This document shows, piece by piece, positions 1 to 12,479 of a stretch of DNA of 64,000 bases. This stretch comes from Raillietiella orientalis (Eukaryota). The notes below the pieces were generated by a model. It searched no databases. It was given only the letters and a program-made list of their open reading frames with translations, and was not told where the DNA came from. Location of the stretch: NCBI GenBank assembly GCA_036172245.1, contig JAYWIR010000027.1:2542001-2606000 (forward strand). The letters are read 5' to 3'. Made by a program: the position numbers and the translations under genes. Every line of letters starts with the position of its first letter. Position 1 is the stretch's first letter.

Positions 1-3000
1 TGAAGGGCGAAGGCACAGTGCACAGCCAGAGGGCGCAGCTCCTTCAGTGCTCCGGCGCCAACTCCCGGTGCGTTTCCCCGAGCTCATGCCCCGGGGGCGC
101 GCTCCCGAGAAGAGTCGCCGCATACCGACCCTTCCAGCGTGGACGCCCTCATCGTCACGGTGCCCCTCCCCCGGAGGAAGGGCATTGTGCTGGCCGCCCT
201 GAACGGGGATAAGAGCGTCCTCTACGAGCCCCTGCTGGCCCCCAACAGCAGCGACACGAAGAAGTGCTTCGAGCGGGCCATCCTGGTCAACCAGGTACTG
301 ATGCCCCTGTACCCCAGGTACGAGTCGGGGGGCGGGAACGCGCGTGTGCGTCCACGGGGCGCGCCCTCCTTTCAGGCGCTACGACAAAACCATGAAGATC
401 ATCTGCGACAGGATCCACCGGAAGGAGGTGGGAAGGGTGGAGATGGTCAGGATTTGCCATAGGGACCAGTCGCTCAAAGGCTCAAGTAAGCTCGGGGTTG
501 CCGCGCGCCCGCGAGGGATGTCCGGCGCCTGGTGCCGGGAGCCGCGAGACTAGGCGAACGCCCGCCGGCTAGGCAGCGCGCTTGCCCGCGCCATGGCGGC
601 GGAGGCGGGAGGCATGTGCGGACACCGTGGCCGCTTCCGCAGGGTCCGGCTTCATGTAGCCCTGGGGACTTCCCGGAGGAGCCGCCGGCGTGACAACCCG
701 GACCTTACCCTCCCACGAGGAGTGAGGTGGGGTGGGGGGCTATGGACGCGGTATCCAGGCCCGGCGGCGGAGGGGGGGGAGGACCTATTCCAGCTCGCCC
801 CGGTCGACTGTGGGGCCGCCTCGCCGAGCGACGGGAGCAATCCAGGAGAGCTCCCCGACTGCCGCTCCGTTCTTCGGCCTGGACCAATTAAGGCGATGCA
901 AGCGGCGTGTGTCCCCGCGCACCTCCCTGAACAACGGCCGGGGGAATTTCGGGACCTTCTGGATCGCAGCAGGACACACGAATCCCGCTGCCCACTTTCC
1001 CCCTTGCTGGGAGGGTGGCGACCTCACTGACCAAACGACGTGGCCGAGCCAGCAAGGAAGAGCGCGCGTCGCGGTAGCGCGGGAGACTGCCCCTCCGGCA
1101 GGGATCGTAGCATCCGGACATGAGGAGCAAGCCCGTAGGCGGCAGGGAGAAAATGCGGCGGCGGAGGAGGCGTTGGCGGCACCTCCGCCTCGCTCCAGTA
1201 GGCTGCTGCGGTTCATTTCGCGCGCTGTCAGGGGCGCGCGCCACGGCGGGAAAGCCCGGCGGTGGCAGCGGCTCGCACGCTCTGTCGTCCTCCTCGAACG
1301 CGCAGGCGCAGAGCCTCTGACGGCCGTGGCCGGCGGGGCAGGCGGAATCGCGAACGAACGAAAACGGATGCGTACGGTCGATAATGTACATTAATCTGCG
1401 TACATACGTTCCGATCAGATTCATTTTAAAATACATATTTACTAACATTTTTCAACATACATATCATTAATGCAATTAAATAGGTATTAATATTTGATTG
1501 CAATCTGTATTAGAGATTATAAAAACACGTGTTCCTTATATAAATATATCAATATGAAGATCTCATATACAGAATTACCTTAACACACAGATTTATTGTC
1601 AACATAAATATTATTAATACAATTAAATAATATGTAGGAATATTTGATTAGTATCTGCATTAGAGGATACTATCTTTATTAGAGATTATAAAGATAATAT
1701 GTTCATTAAATATGGCAATATATAGATTAATATGCAGAGTTATTTATTCATGTAGATTTATCAATATTATCAGCATGCATATTTTTAATCAAATTAAATA
1801 ATTTTCATTCATATTTGATTGCTGTCTGTATTAGGAATTATAAATATATATACAGAGTCATTCCATCACGCATATTTATTCATATAATTAAGAATATATT
1901 ATTAACATATATGTATTAAGATCTTAAAAATAAATATACATGCTCAGTATGTATGTTAATGTACAGATCAATGCACAAATTATTCGAATTTATTAAAAAA
2001 AATATTTGTTACATATGCTGGCATAAATCATAATGTATACCAATATATTATACATAGGTATTAAAGGTCAGAGAAAATAAATACACGTTTGTAATGTATA
2101 TATGAAGTGAATACATAAATATCGAATCATAAAAACTAAAAAACAATGGCGACGGTTGAAAACGGTGGGAAAAAGAATAGAAAAGGGAACGAATTAAAAA
2201 ACAAAAAAGAAAATTCGACACACGAAAGCATGGAGAAAGTCCCCCTTTTATATTTCTAATAAGTATACGAGCCTTTTATATTCTATATTATTTTGTATTT
2301 ATATTAATAATATAATATTTATCTTTGTATGTTAACTTTGAAAATAAAACTGGGTTAGGTTATGGACAATTGCACAGCATACATACATATAATAAGCACA
2401 TGTACTTATTTGTTAACAATTTTTCTAGTGTATATGCACATTTATATATAGGGTGATATAATTAATAATTAATGATATATAATAATATATATCATTAATT
2501 ATAATATTGATATGATTAATATATATTATTGGTTATATTAACCTATATATAAGTATATATACATATTTGTATACAAAATAATATATATCATTAATTAGCA
2601 TCACATATATGCGCTGCTGCCAATACCCAATAATACATTCATATAATTAATAATATATCTTAATGCATATAATAAAACATGTGCATTTATTTTTCATGAT
2701 CTTCCGGGATTGCGATCGCTCGGGATTTCGACCCCAACGCTGGCATGCTGTTGCCCCGGGCCGAGCCGCAGAGGCACACACGAAGATGAGCGTCCCATCT
2801 CCACGGTGACGGCAGGAGTGCCGTCGGCTATCCGGCCGAACGCGTAGGACCAAGCGGGTCAAGCTGCGCGAGCGAGCTGCTGGGAGGACCGCTCGCTCCC
2901 CCTCCCCCCCGTCTCGTAGGGAGACGCGACTGTGGGAAGAGGGAGAAAAAGGCGCGAGGGGAGCGTGGCTGGAGGCGGTGGGCAGTGGAGCAGCATGCTT

Positions 3001-6000
3001 CCCGGGAGGAGGCGGTGGCGATGGCGGTAGGAGTGCCTCGGGCGCAGACACCACCATCGGATCGGGAGGGCGGGGAGACCCTGTGGTGGCACCTTCGCGA
3101 ACGAATGGCGCATTCCCGGAAGGGCGTTCCCGCGGCTCCTTCGCGGACGCAGCGCGTCCGCCTTCCTTTCTTCCTCTCGCGGCCGAAGCCAGGCTTCGTC
3201 GCACCGCCACGTGAGAGAACCGCAGGATCGACCGGGCGCTCTCGGGTAGAGTGGAAGCCAGTCGGCGCCCATCCACCCTCGCGGGGTGCACGGGCCGAGC
3301 CAACCTGACCGAGACCGCGAGCGCGAAAGGGGCACACGCGACGGCCCCGCGTCAAGAAACTGCGGATGCGAGAAGGGGGTGGGTGGGGGTAAGATATGAT
3401 GGCACGGGAAAGCGCAAAGCGAAAGGAGGCGGAGACCGTAGGAGTAGTCGTCGTCACCGCATCACGCGCGCATGCCAGCTGACCGAGTTGGGGTCCTCAC
3501 ATCCAGAGTCCCCTCAGCTTCATTTCCCGTCTCAAGGACGGCGCACGTTCGGCCTCTTCCTCTGCCCGCGGTCGGATGGCGCGGTTGCCTGTAAACGAGA
3601 ACGCCCCTTCCCTGGTTCCCCCCCGTGCGTGTGTGCGTGCGTGCTGCAAAGGGGGGTGGATGGTTTTCCGACGGGGGGGTCCCCTGCTGGAAAAGGAGGT
3701 CTGACGGTCGTATCCTAGGCATATTCTACGACATGGCCAGCCAAGACATCGATTTCGTCTGCTGGCTGCTGCAGGAGCATCCCCTAAAGGTGTTCTGCTT
3801 CGGGCACTCCCGCTACAACGCCTCTCAGGAAGCAGAGGACCCCGAGGTCTTGCTGATCACCATGCAGTTTCCCAGCGGGGTCATCGGCGTGATCGAGCTG
3901 TGCCGCAGCTGGTCGTGCGGCCTCGACGACAGGCTGGAGGTACGCCAGGAACTCTCTGCCTCGCGATGTCGCTGACCGGCGCCGTCCGCAGATATCCGGA
4001 AGGAACGGCATACTGGTCAGCGACGAACGGAAGGTCTTCGAGATCCAGACCCACTCCTCTCCAGATGTCAGGCAGTCCCAAGTTCGCGATGGTGCCCACC
4101 CGAAGCACCACAGCAGGTGCTCGTCCGCTCTGGACCACTTCCTCGACCTGATGCAAGGTGACTCCTCGGGAGGGGGGGGGGGGAAGCAGCCAGAGGGGGA
4201 GGAGGTTCGCTTGGCTGCCGCGGACGCATCCCGCGGGCGGACCCGAGCAGCAGCGCATGCGCCCAGAGGGTGGACCACGTCCGGGAGGCGGCAGGGACCG
4301 AGAAGCTCGGAACTGGCGCACCCGCAACGAGAGGGAAGGAGCTGCCCCTCGGAAGCGATTTCCGAGGCAGAGAGGCCTCCCAGGCACACGTCCGGCACGG
4401 CGACGCTAGTGCCACGGCAGCGGTTCGCGGGCGCAGAAGGTGACTGAAAGGAGCGGCGAGTTCGACGGGGAAGAGGAAAGCTCAAGTGGGAGGTCCTACC
4501 CGAGCGCTTCCCGGCGGGAACAGCGTGGGCGAGGGCTCATGTCCCGGGAAGAACGTTTGACCCTGTGCTTGTCCGAGGCTCGCCGTGCAGAAGCAGATGA
4601 TCGCATTGGTGGGCGGGGGTGGAGCACCCTGGGCGTCGAGGAAAGCGGCCGTTGTCAAAGGAACGGGCGTCGATGCAGCAGCAGTCCCGAAGACTTTTTG
4701 CTGCTCTCCTGCAAGGTCCGCGTCGCCCAGCATCGGCAGGGGGACCAGCGAACAATGGATTGCCTCGGGCTCAGAACATGGATCGATCCACGTAACCCTT
4801 TCCGAAGACTTCCTGGGAGCGCAGCAGGTGGAGGGAGCGTGCCAGAACCAGGACCGGTTCCGTCTCGGTAGGCGTGACGAGAGCGGAAGAGGAAGTAGAA
4901 GGGAGAAGTGGGGTTGTGCCTACCGGAAGCTGAAGCACGCGGCCAGAGAGGCACCTAGTAGCCTCCGGGTTTCGCCCGGAGCACCGCCACCTCCGTCGCC
5001 ATGCCGAGCAGCTAGCACAGCAGTTGCCCGAGAGCGCCATCGGCGCGCGCGCGAGAGAGAGAGACGAAAGCCATCTCCACGGCGCTCGTTCCCTTCCCTT
5101 CCCGACAAGCCGAGACGCGCAACGCGAAATTTTTGCCCTCGGCAGAGGTACGAGCGGGCCCGATAGGTAGAGGACATTCGTCTCTCCAGACGGAGGAGAG
5201 AGAGAAGGCTCTACTAGATGGGGCTTTACTACCGCCTCCAGCTCCTCCGGTAGCCGAGGTGAGAGATGAGCGACGGAAGACGCTCCGGACGCAGAATCCT
5301 CCGTGGCCGACCAGTGAGCTCTTCCGTAACCGCAATAATCCTCCAGCAGCGACCGACGTCAACAACGCCTTACTGGTCCATCCAGAACAGTCTCCCGATG
5401 GCTCACAGGCCACCATCCGGGGCAGCCACTAGGTGACTCGCAGGTCACCATCAAGAGAGAAAGGGAGGCCGGGGAGGGGAGGATGCGGGTTGGCAAGGAG
5501 AGCACCGGCGTCCAACAGGAGAGGCAAGGGACGTCGCCAGTGACGGGTTGGGAACGCTTTAATGACTAAAAGCACCGAACCGACCGAACGCCCGCAACTG
5601 TCTCAGTTGCGTTCAGCCCTTCAGGGGATTGCCCGGGGAGCTGCTGCTCCGCCGGACTTCGCTCGCGAGGGCGCGCCCTCGTGATACCAGGAAGCGCCGG
5701 GGAGAGGTGAGGTGTACACACATACCCTCCCTTCCACCCCCGTGAAAAAGGAGATTTGTAGGCGATCAGGATCAAGGAACCTGCGACGCCACAGATTCCT
5801 TGATCCCGAGATCCTCTCCGTGTCTGAGACGCCGTAGGGATGGGAAGTGGCGACGGCGAGCCAAGGGAGGTCGCGCTCTGCCGCCGCTCCCGCCGGCGCT
5901 GGCACCACAGGGAGACGTGGACGGCTGGAAGGGAGGCCTCGGGGTGGGGTGAGGGAGCGTCCCTCCATCCTCTTCTACTCAAGAGCTCGCGCGTCTGCGG

Positions 6001-6424
6001 AGGATGCCTGAGGGCAGCGACACCCCGCGTTCGACGTTGTCCACGGGCGCCATCCCATGAGAGCCGAGCGCTGCCTTCTTACCAGGAACGGGCGCGACTG
6101 GCGGCAGTGCGGTCATCCGCGGCTGGACCTACCACCATGATCCGACCGTGGTTTCCAGGCAATGAGGAGCGGGCGGTCGAGGCCCAGGAGTCCATCTCGG
6201 TGTGCCGAATCGTCATGGCCTGCGAGCTAGCCTTCCGGACCGGCCGATGCGTCACCATCAAATGGGAAAACGAGGACGTCATCCCGTTTTCCAGGCCTCT
6301 GGAAAAGAAGCTGGCGCAGAGGAGGATCTCGGAAGTCCACCGGGAGAAGGGCATGCCAGCCTCTCAGACGAGGAGACACTCCAGGGATTTCCACTTCGAC
6401 TTGCTGCCCGAGGCCCTCCACTGA
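1..6424 (+). CDS. Gfo/Idh/MocA-family oxidoreductase (myo-inositol 2-dehydrogenase-like), 5'-partial; exons <1-67, 138-317, 376-485, 3719-3939, 3992-4157, 6159-6424
   Basis: Phase-compatible GT-AG joins give RVDALIVTVP...KSVLYEPLLA...YPRRYDK...VGRVEMVRICHRD...IFYDMASQDIDFVCWLL...FPSGVIGVIELCRSWSCGLDDRLE...LDHFLDLMQG...ACELAFRTGRCV, colinear with the animal inositol dehydrogenase-like consensus (VDAV..CEKP..NRRFD..DCAVHDID..YDQRLE). Confidence 0.85.
1390..2700. repeat. AT-rich island containing diverged ~150-170 bp tandem repeats, inside intron 3 of the oxidoreductase gene
   Basis: Abrupt switch from GC-rich to extremely AT-rich sequence; the motif TATTTGATT(N4)TCTG(T/C)ATTAG recurs at ~1491, ~1641 and ~1812, with weaker echoes near 1912 and 2057. 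Confidence 0.6.
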
Positions 6425-7799
6425 TTGCTCGTCGTCGGTCCGGCGAGGGCGCGCGCGACCTCGCTGGTTCCAGGAAGAGAGATTCCAGGGAGGAGCGAGA
6501 AGCCAGGCATCCCGGAGGCCATGCTCCCCTCCGACCGCTCCCCCAAAAAACCTTGTGTCTTCATCTCTCTCGTTCATTCCCTGACTTCTTGGTCCCTGGA
6601 AGACGGTGGCTCCCCTCTGTCCCGAGGCGGTAGGTGTTCCCAAGCGAACCAACATGGAAGCCAATCAGCTTCGGAGAGGATGGGGGGGGGAACCGACTCT
6701 GTCCGGACAACAGGGGAGGGGGTACGGGGAGAACTCACTACTCCCTCCCCCCAGCACCTTGTGTGTGGCGGCAGGGCCGAGCTGAAGACGCGACCTTCCG
6801 GGCCAATGGTCAGAGGCTGCTCCCCCGTCTTGCCACGTCGCCGCGGCAAGGGTGCACAGCGCGGGAGGGGCGAGGAAGAACCCTGCACGGGTCAAGATCC
6901 ACCACGGCGCTGCAAAATGCGCGATCCGGGGACGCCCGGTTTCTTGGCGATTCCCTGCCGCGGCCGCACCGCCTTGCAGCGAAGGGAACGCGGGTTGGGT
7001 GGGGTAAGGTGGGGGATGGGGGAGAACCGAAGCCACTGAGGGAAGTCTAGTCGAAGAGCGGCACTCAGATGGGAAACGGGGAAAGCGCGCAGCCTCGGAC
7101 GACCGCGCATCTGGTGGACTGCTGACGAGACTTGCGCGCACCCCGAGGTGCTCCCGAACACAGTCATCCGCGGCAACATCCGAATGCCCACCTCGCCCGA
7201 CGGGAACGTGCGGGCACAGCCGTCCCCCTTACCGGCAGCTTCCAGAATAGTCACTAGTGGCTCTCTTCCGCTTCCCGCCGAATATGTCGCGTCTGAGGGC
7301 GGTACCGGCTCCGGAGTCATCTCGCAGATGCCCGAGGCGACACTACCACGGAAAGGGCAAGCAGGGCTCAGGGAGCGCACCGGTTGTTCACGAAGTTCGC
7401 CACCCCTCTGGGAGGCGAGATCGCGCGTCCGGAGCCCCCAGAGACTCGTGTGAGTCTCCGCGCGGGAGGTCGCCGTCGGGAGGTCGAAGATCCTGTCCCG
7501 AGAAGAAACCATGCCGCCTGCCGTGCGAGCCATTGCCAATCCTTAGCAGCCACCAGGTGACACACAGGTCGTCATCCAGAGTGGGAAGCCAGTCCAAGGA
7601 ACAAGGAGGGAGGAGGTGAGGGGTTTCCGAAGGGAGGGACAACGTCCAGCAGCGGACGCAGAAGACACCGCCAGCGACGGGAAAGAACTAGATCGGGCCG
7701 TCAGCAAGAGGCAGGACAGTCAGGCGTGGTGGAAGCAGAGGAAGTCGGCCGACAGGCTGCCCACTACGCAGTCCTCTCTCAGGCTGCAGCACCACTGGC

Positions 7800-8030
7800 G
7801 CCGTGGTAGGGGCGCCTCGCCGGAACGTGCGCGGCAGCCTTCGAAGGCGCTCCAGAGGTTGGGCACGGTGACACGTCCCGCCGCCCCGGAGCACCCAGGA
7901 CTGGACCTCGTCCGCGTGCTCTCGAAGTTCGGCCCGGTCCATGCCACCCCCCGGGGAGAACCCCAGAAGGAAGAAGCGGGAGGTGGCGTGCAGTCCAGAG
8001 GACACATGGGTCAACTCCCTGCGGCCCGTT
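7800..8030 (+). mobile_element. Possible decayed non-LTR ORF1 (gag-like) remnant
   Basis: KALQRLGTVT...LVRVLSKFGPV...RGHMG loosely resembles L1/Tx1 ORF1 RRM plus zinc-knuckle; the Cys residues are missing. Confidence 0.2.
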
Positions 8031-8552
8031 CAAGGGCGCGCGCAGCAGCCCGGAGGCGGAGGGCCTCAGTCTCAGGCAGCGAATCCAACGTGCTCCCGTG
8101 AAGAGGAGCGGGAGGGCCATGGAGGGCACCTGGGGGTCTTCGGGAGGTCGCCGCCTTCCTGCCCCGCATGGCTCACTAGTCGGACCTCCCTCCAGCCTCT
8201 CCGTCAGCGCGTGAGGGAGGGCATGCGGCCTCGCTGGAACCCACATACTCGGCTGCACTCGACCCGTCCAGCTGGACGCACCGCCCGAGGTGCCGTGTTG
8301 GGCTTCCTGACGGACCATGCCGGTCCCACGATTGCACAACTGGTAAGGGGAGCGGGGCAGGGGCGGAATGCCGTTCTTCGGCGCGGAAACAAAGGCAGAA
8401 GGTGGGAAGCCACACGCGGGGCCAACCGGTACGCCACTCAGGGCGACGAGGAAGATGTTTGACTGTCTGAAGCGGGGGAAGCCAAGTGGCCGCGGACTCC
8501 ACATTGGCCATCGGGAGGCTGCCATCACCGCGTTAGTCACCGCGTGGGAGGT

Positions 8553-9600
8553 TTTTTACCTAAACAGGCCCGGGCATTTTTTATTAAAATTTATAAATAA
8601 AATTTTATAATAAAGTCTTAAGTTTGTTTTTTGTTTTTCAGGCAGAACACATGGTTCTGCCTGTCATGGAACACTTGCTGTTACCGGCCCTCAGGCCGGT
8701 GAGGTCCTCACCGCTGGCGAAGAGGATGGGAAAACCACAAAAAAAGCAAAGAAAAAAAAACACGAGGGGAGGGCACTGTTTTTCGGGGAGGGGAGGACAT
8801 GGAAGGGATCACAGTTCACTGCGAGCGGTCCTCTGCATCCTGGTTTGGATGCGAACAAGTGCCGGTCTTAAAGTTCGTAACCGGCGCCATCCGGAAGCCT
8901 TCTCCATGGAGATGGCTGCCCAGTGAATGACATTCCAGCTTCTGTGGCCTCTCCTAGACGCAATCCATTTGTCCAGGATTTCGCGTATGCAGCGGAGAAC
9001 TGCTACACACGCGGCTGCTGGCAAAGCGTCCCGCATCAGAAGGCGACGGAATCATATGACCTTTGGATCGCTCAACGGAAAGTTCAGAGTCAACGATAGT
9101 CGATTCCGCATGGAATGGAGGGCGACGCAGTCGATGATCAGGTGGGGGAAGGTTTCCCTTTCCCCGGACTTTGCAAAATTGGCATCTACACTCCTACAGG
9201 TCTAGTGGGAGAGGCGTGCTCTGCAAAGGAGCCCCTAATGCAGCACAAGCAGCGCCGTCTCTTGCCAATCCAAGGGGAGGGTGCCACTGTCCCAACAAGC
9301 TGGAGGTTACTTCACCTCCTCCGGAGGTACCACGAGCAGCTCGCCTCAGCTCAGAAATCCTTTTGGCGGGACACTCGGGGTCATAGCGTCCGTCAGCTCC
9401 TGGGCTGTCCACGCACTTGACAGTTTCTTCCTTCCTACAATGTGGCAAGGCACTTCCCACCCTGCTGGAAGGTCACTGTCCCTTGTTTCCTTTAATGAGG
9501 GCAGCACTGGGACAAGGGGGTGGACGATGCCCACGCCAACTGGCGTGGGTTCCTCACGATATCCTGCAGCGGCTGTCGAGAGTACCTCCCTTCCCCGAGT
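8553..9600 (-). mobile_element. Copy A: decayed 3' fragment of L1/Tx1-clade non-LTR retrotransposon
   Basis: Minus strand GERETFPHLIIDC zinc-finger remnant, TPSVPPKG and DALPAAACVAVLRCIREI match copy C ORF2; followed by the family 3' module (hairpins 8641-8661 and 8683-8700, AATAAA, decayed terminal motif). The 5' boundary is approximate. Confidence 0.75.
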
Positions 9601-10619
9601 GTTCCGACCGCGGAACACTCTGGTGATGGTGGTCCGTTCTTGGGCAGACCGACGCGACGTGGCCGACCACCCCATCGAGCTCGGATGAAAAACCGGGAAG
9701 CCTCCCGAAGTGGCCGAGATTGCGTGGAAGCCGGGAAGGAAGGAAGAGGGGAGGAGGAGAAGGAATATATGAAGAGCACTGTCCTCGACACCCGGTTGCC
9801 GCGCAAGTCTGGAGCGGCGCCTCGGTGGGAAACCAGTCAGCGGAGATGACCTTTCGGTCCACCACAGTCCGCGGGAGGGCAGGTCGAGGATCATGAAGGT
9901 GAAAGAAGTGGGAGGAAGGAGAGGAGACCGCAGGCATCTTCACGGTCCATCCCTTGATGCCTCAAGGGCATTTTGGGGCAGTCCCTTTGGCTCAGTTTCG
10001 AGGAGCAGGCGCCTCCACGCTCTGCTTCCGCTCCTCCAGGGTGCATTTGCCGCCAGCGTTGACCCGAGCACGGACCTACTCCCTCTCCTCCACTCCCTCC
10101 GTACGCGGCGTCTATGGGGAAAGAGGGGAGGAAGTTCTGGTTGAGGGATCGGCTGCCCCAGGGGGCACGTGTTCCGTCCTGCCGCAGCCGAACACCGGCC
10201 GCCCCGCTGCCGACGTTTCGGCACGTCGAACGCTCCTCTCCAAGTCTCCTCCGGATGCTGTCAATGCTGACTGCGAGGGTGGCGAAGAAACCTCTCGAGG
10301 TCTCGCTCGTATCCCTCATGCTCCTCAGCAACGAACCGGAGTCACCCAGACGACTGCGTCTTGTCCCTGCCGCGTGGTCGTCCGCCAGCGGCTTGCGGAG
10401 ACCGGGCGCCTCTAGTCGTCCTGCAGACCGACCTGGAACACTCGTCTTCTTCGGCAGTCGGACAGACTTCCAGGGGAAACCACTGGCGCATCCCGTCCCT
10501 CCCTGCCCCTCCTTGCCGTCTGCCACGCTCCCTTCCCCACCTTCAAGAGTATACCTTACACTTCCGGTCTCCGTGCGGCGTCTTGTCGGTGAGCTGCTGC
10601 CGACCTGCTCCCTCGGGGC

Positions 10620-11410
10620 TGCCACCCGATCACGTCGGGGAGTTTATTTATAAAAAATAAACATACACGTCTGTGGCAGGACGTTTGATCCTGCCACCTT
10701 ACTTATATCTACGAGAAGGAACCTACTGGGATCTGGCACGCAGGCCAGCGGGGTTCGCCTCGGCAGCACAGGGGAAGGGGAAACGTACAAAAAGAAAACA
10801 AAACAAAACAAATAACATACAGTCAAAAATATGCGTTTTGGGGTTTGGGAGGGTTTGGGAAGGGGTCACTGTGTGCTGTAGGGCGTCCTCTGCATCATTT
10901 GCAAGATGCCGGCAAGTTCCTGTTTTAAGACTCCCAGGTGGGGCCATCTGGACGCTGTCCTCATGAAGAGGACAGCAAAATAGATGGCATCCCTGTCGTC
11001 CTGACCTGCTCTGACGCAAAGTGCAGGCAGGGCATCCCGAACAAAGGAGAGCCGTAAATCGTCCTTGGAGATGTCAACCGGGATCCGGAAGGTCGTTTCG
11101 AAATGTTCCCATAGAGGCCGGAGGGAAACACAGTCTACTAGCAGGTGAGGGAGGGATTCTCACTCCCCTCACCTGCGACAGTCCAGACCCGCCCTCCTTG
11201 GCGTCTAGTGGTGTCGGCGCGCATTTCAGGAGAGACCCCACTGCAACAGTAAAAGCGCAGGTTCCTGCCACTTCAAGGAGCTCTGGGGTTCACTCCAGGT
11301 CTCCCAATGTAATCCCGAAGAGCTCTCCCTAGCGCTGGAATGCTCGCGGAAGGACGCTCGGGGTCGCGGCATCCTCCAGCTGTCCCGTGGTGCAACCGCT
11401 CATCAACTTC
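10620..11410 (-). mobile_element. Copy B: 5'-truncated L1/Tx1-clade element
   Basis: Minus strand LKWQE and SLPHLLVDC match copy C; 3' UTR hairpins at 10673-10697 and 10733-10748; ends AATAAACTCCCCGACGTGATCGGGTGGCA. Confidence 0.8.
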
Positions 11411-12479
11411 ATTGATTTTCGATTTACAAAATCGATGTTTTAGATGAACTAATAGGCTAATAACTAAGGGATTAGCTAGATAGGAAATAGCATGAAGAAC
11501 AGGTTGGATTTATTTACTGCGATCGCAAAGTCATCCATGGCAACTGGCAACTTCTTCTGGAGCCGGACTGTTCGAGATTCTGTAGGAATTCTGAATGAAG
11601 TTTCGAAAGCTGTCCACGAGGCGAAAGAGGTCGTGCTGCCCCTCAGCGATTCGCTCGGGAGCTCTCGTGATTATGCCGTTGTGCGGTTGCGGCAGAAAAC
11701 GCCCCGCCGACTTCCATGCACCTACAGTCAGCATCACCCCGAAAGAACGGGAGTTGAGGATGTGCAAACGGTTTCGGAACGTGATCGGAGGTGAGCCGAT
11801 CGGCATCCAAGAGCGACTTTTCAACAGGTATCGCATAAAGGCTCCACCCAAAGGTTACGGTTCCCCTCTTTCGCGAAGGAGGACGAAGTAGGGCACTTCG
11901 TGGTGTTTCGAAGTCCCTCGAGATTTGACAGGTTTGGCGCTTTGTGGACCCGCGTCTCTGTTGCCGCAACTTCTGGAAAGCCTTGCTTTGCATCTTCTCG
12001 TATGAGATGCAGAACCCTGCGATCCTGGTGGCGACCCAATTCACAGAACAACGAGCGACGATTCGCACTCCGAAAAAAAAGCTCCGAGATGAGCGGTCGG
12101 TCGCTAACTAGACAGCAATGGCGGACGAAACGACGAATTGCCAAACTTGTGCTGGTCACAGAAACCGAAACAGGAGATGCAACCACATGTTTGTCTTCGG
12201 CACGAGAAGGGATCAGTCGGTGTTGGTTTTTTTCTCTAGAGACAGCAACAAAGACGTCACATGCACCGCTGGACCGAAGCAAGAGGACAACGCGGGGTCT
12301 CCTCCTGACTGACGTTCGCTCTCACATGCATTCTCAGACCATAGTAGGTATCCAACACACAGCAGGTTGTGTATTTCCTACGCCCACAATGTCCTGCGAG
12401 GGAGCTTTTTTTTTTAAAAAAAAGACCAGTAGCGACCCTCACGAGCAGATCGTTACATTGGCCTAGGGATGATGGAAAT

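Noticed and set aside
5530..5565. Minus-strand ATTAAA...GTCA-C-TGGCGACG resembling an LTR end plus primer-binding site (similar TGGCGACGA at ~55589)
   Set aside because: Only an 8-9 nt match; no second LTR and no gag/pol nearby.
11490..12460. Cluster of 100-190 aa ORFs on both strands
   Set aside because: No recognisable domain or consistent splice structure.
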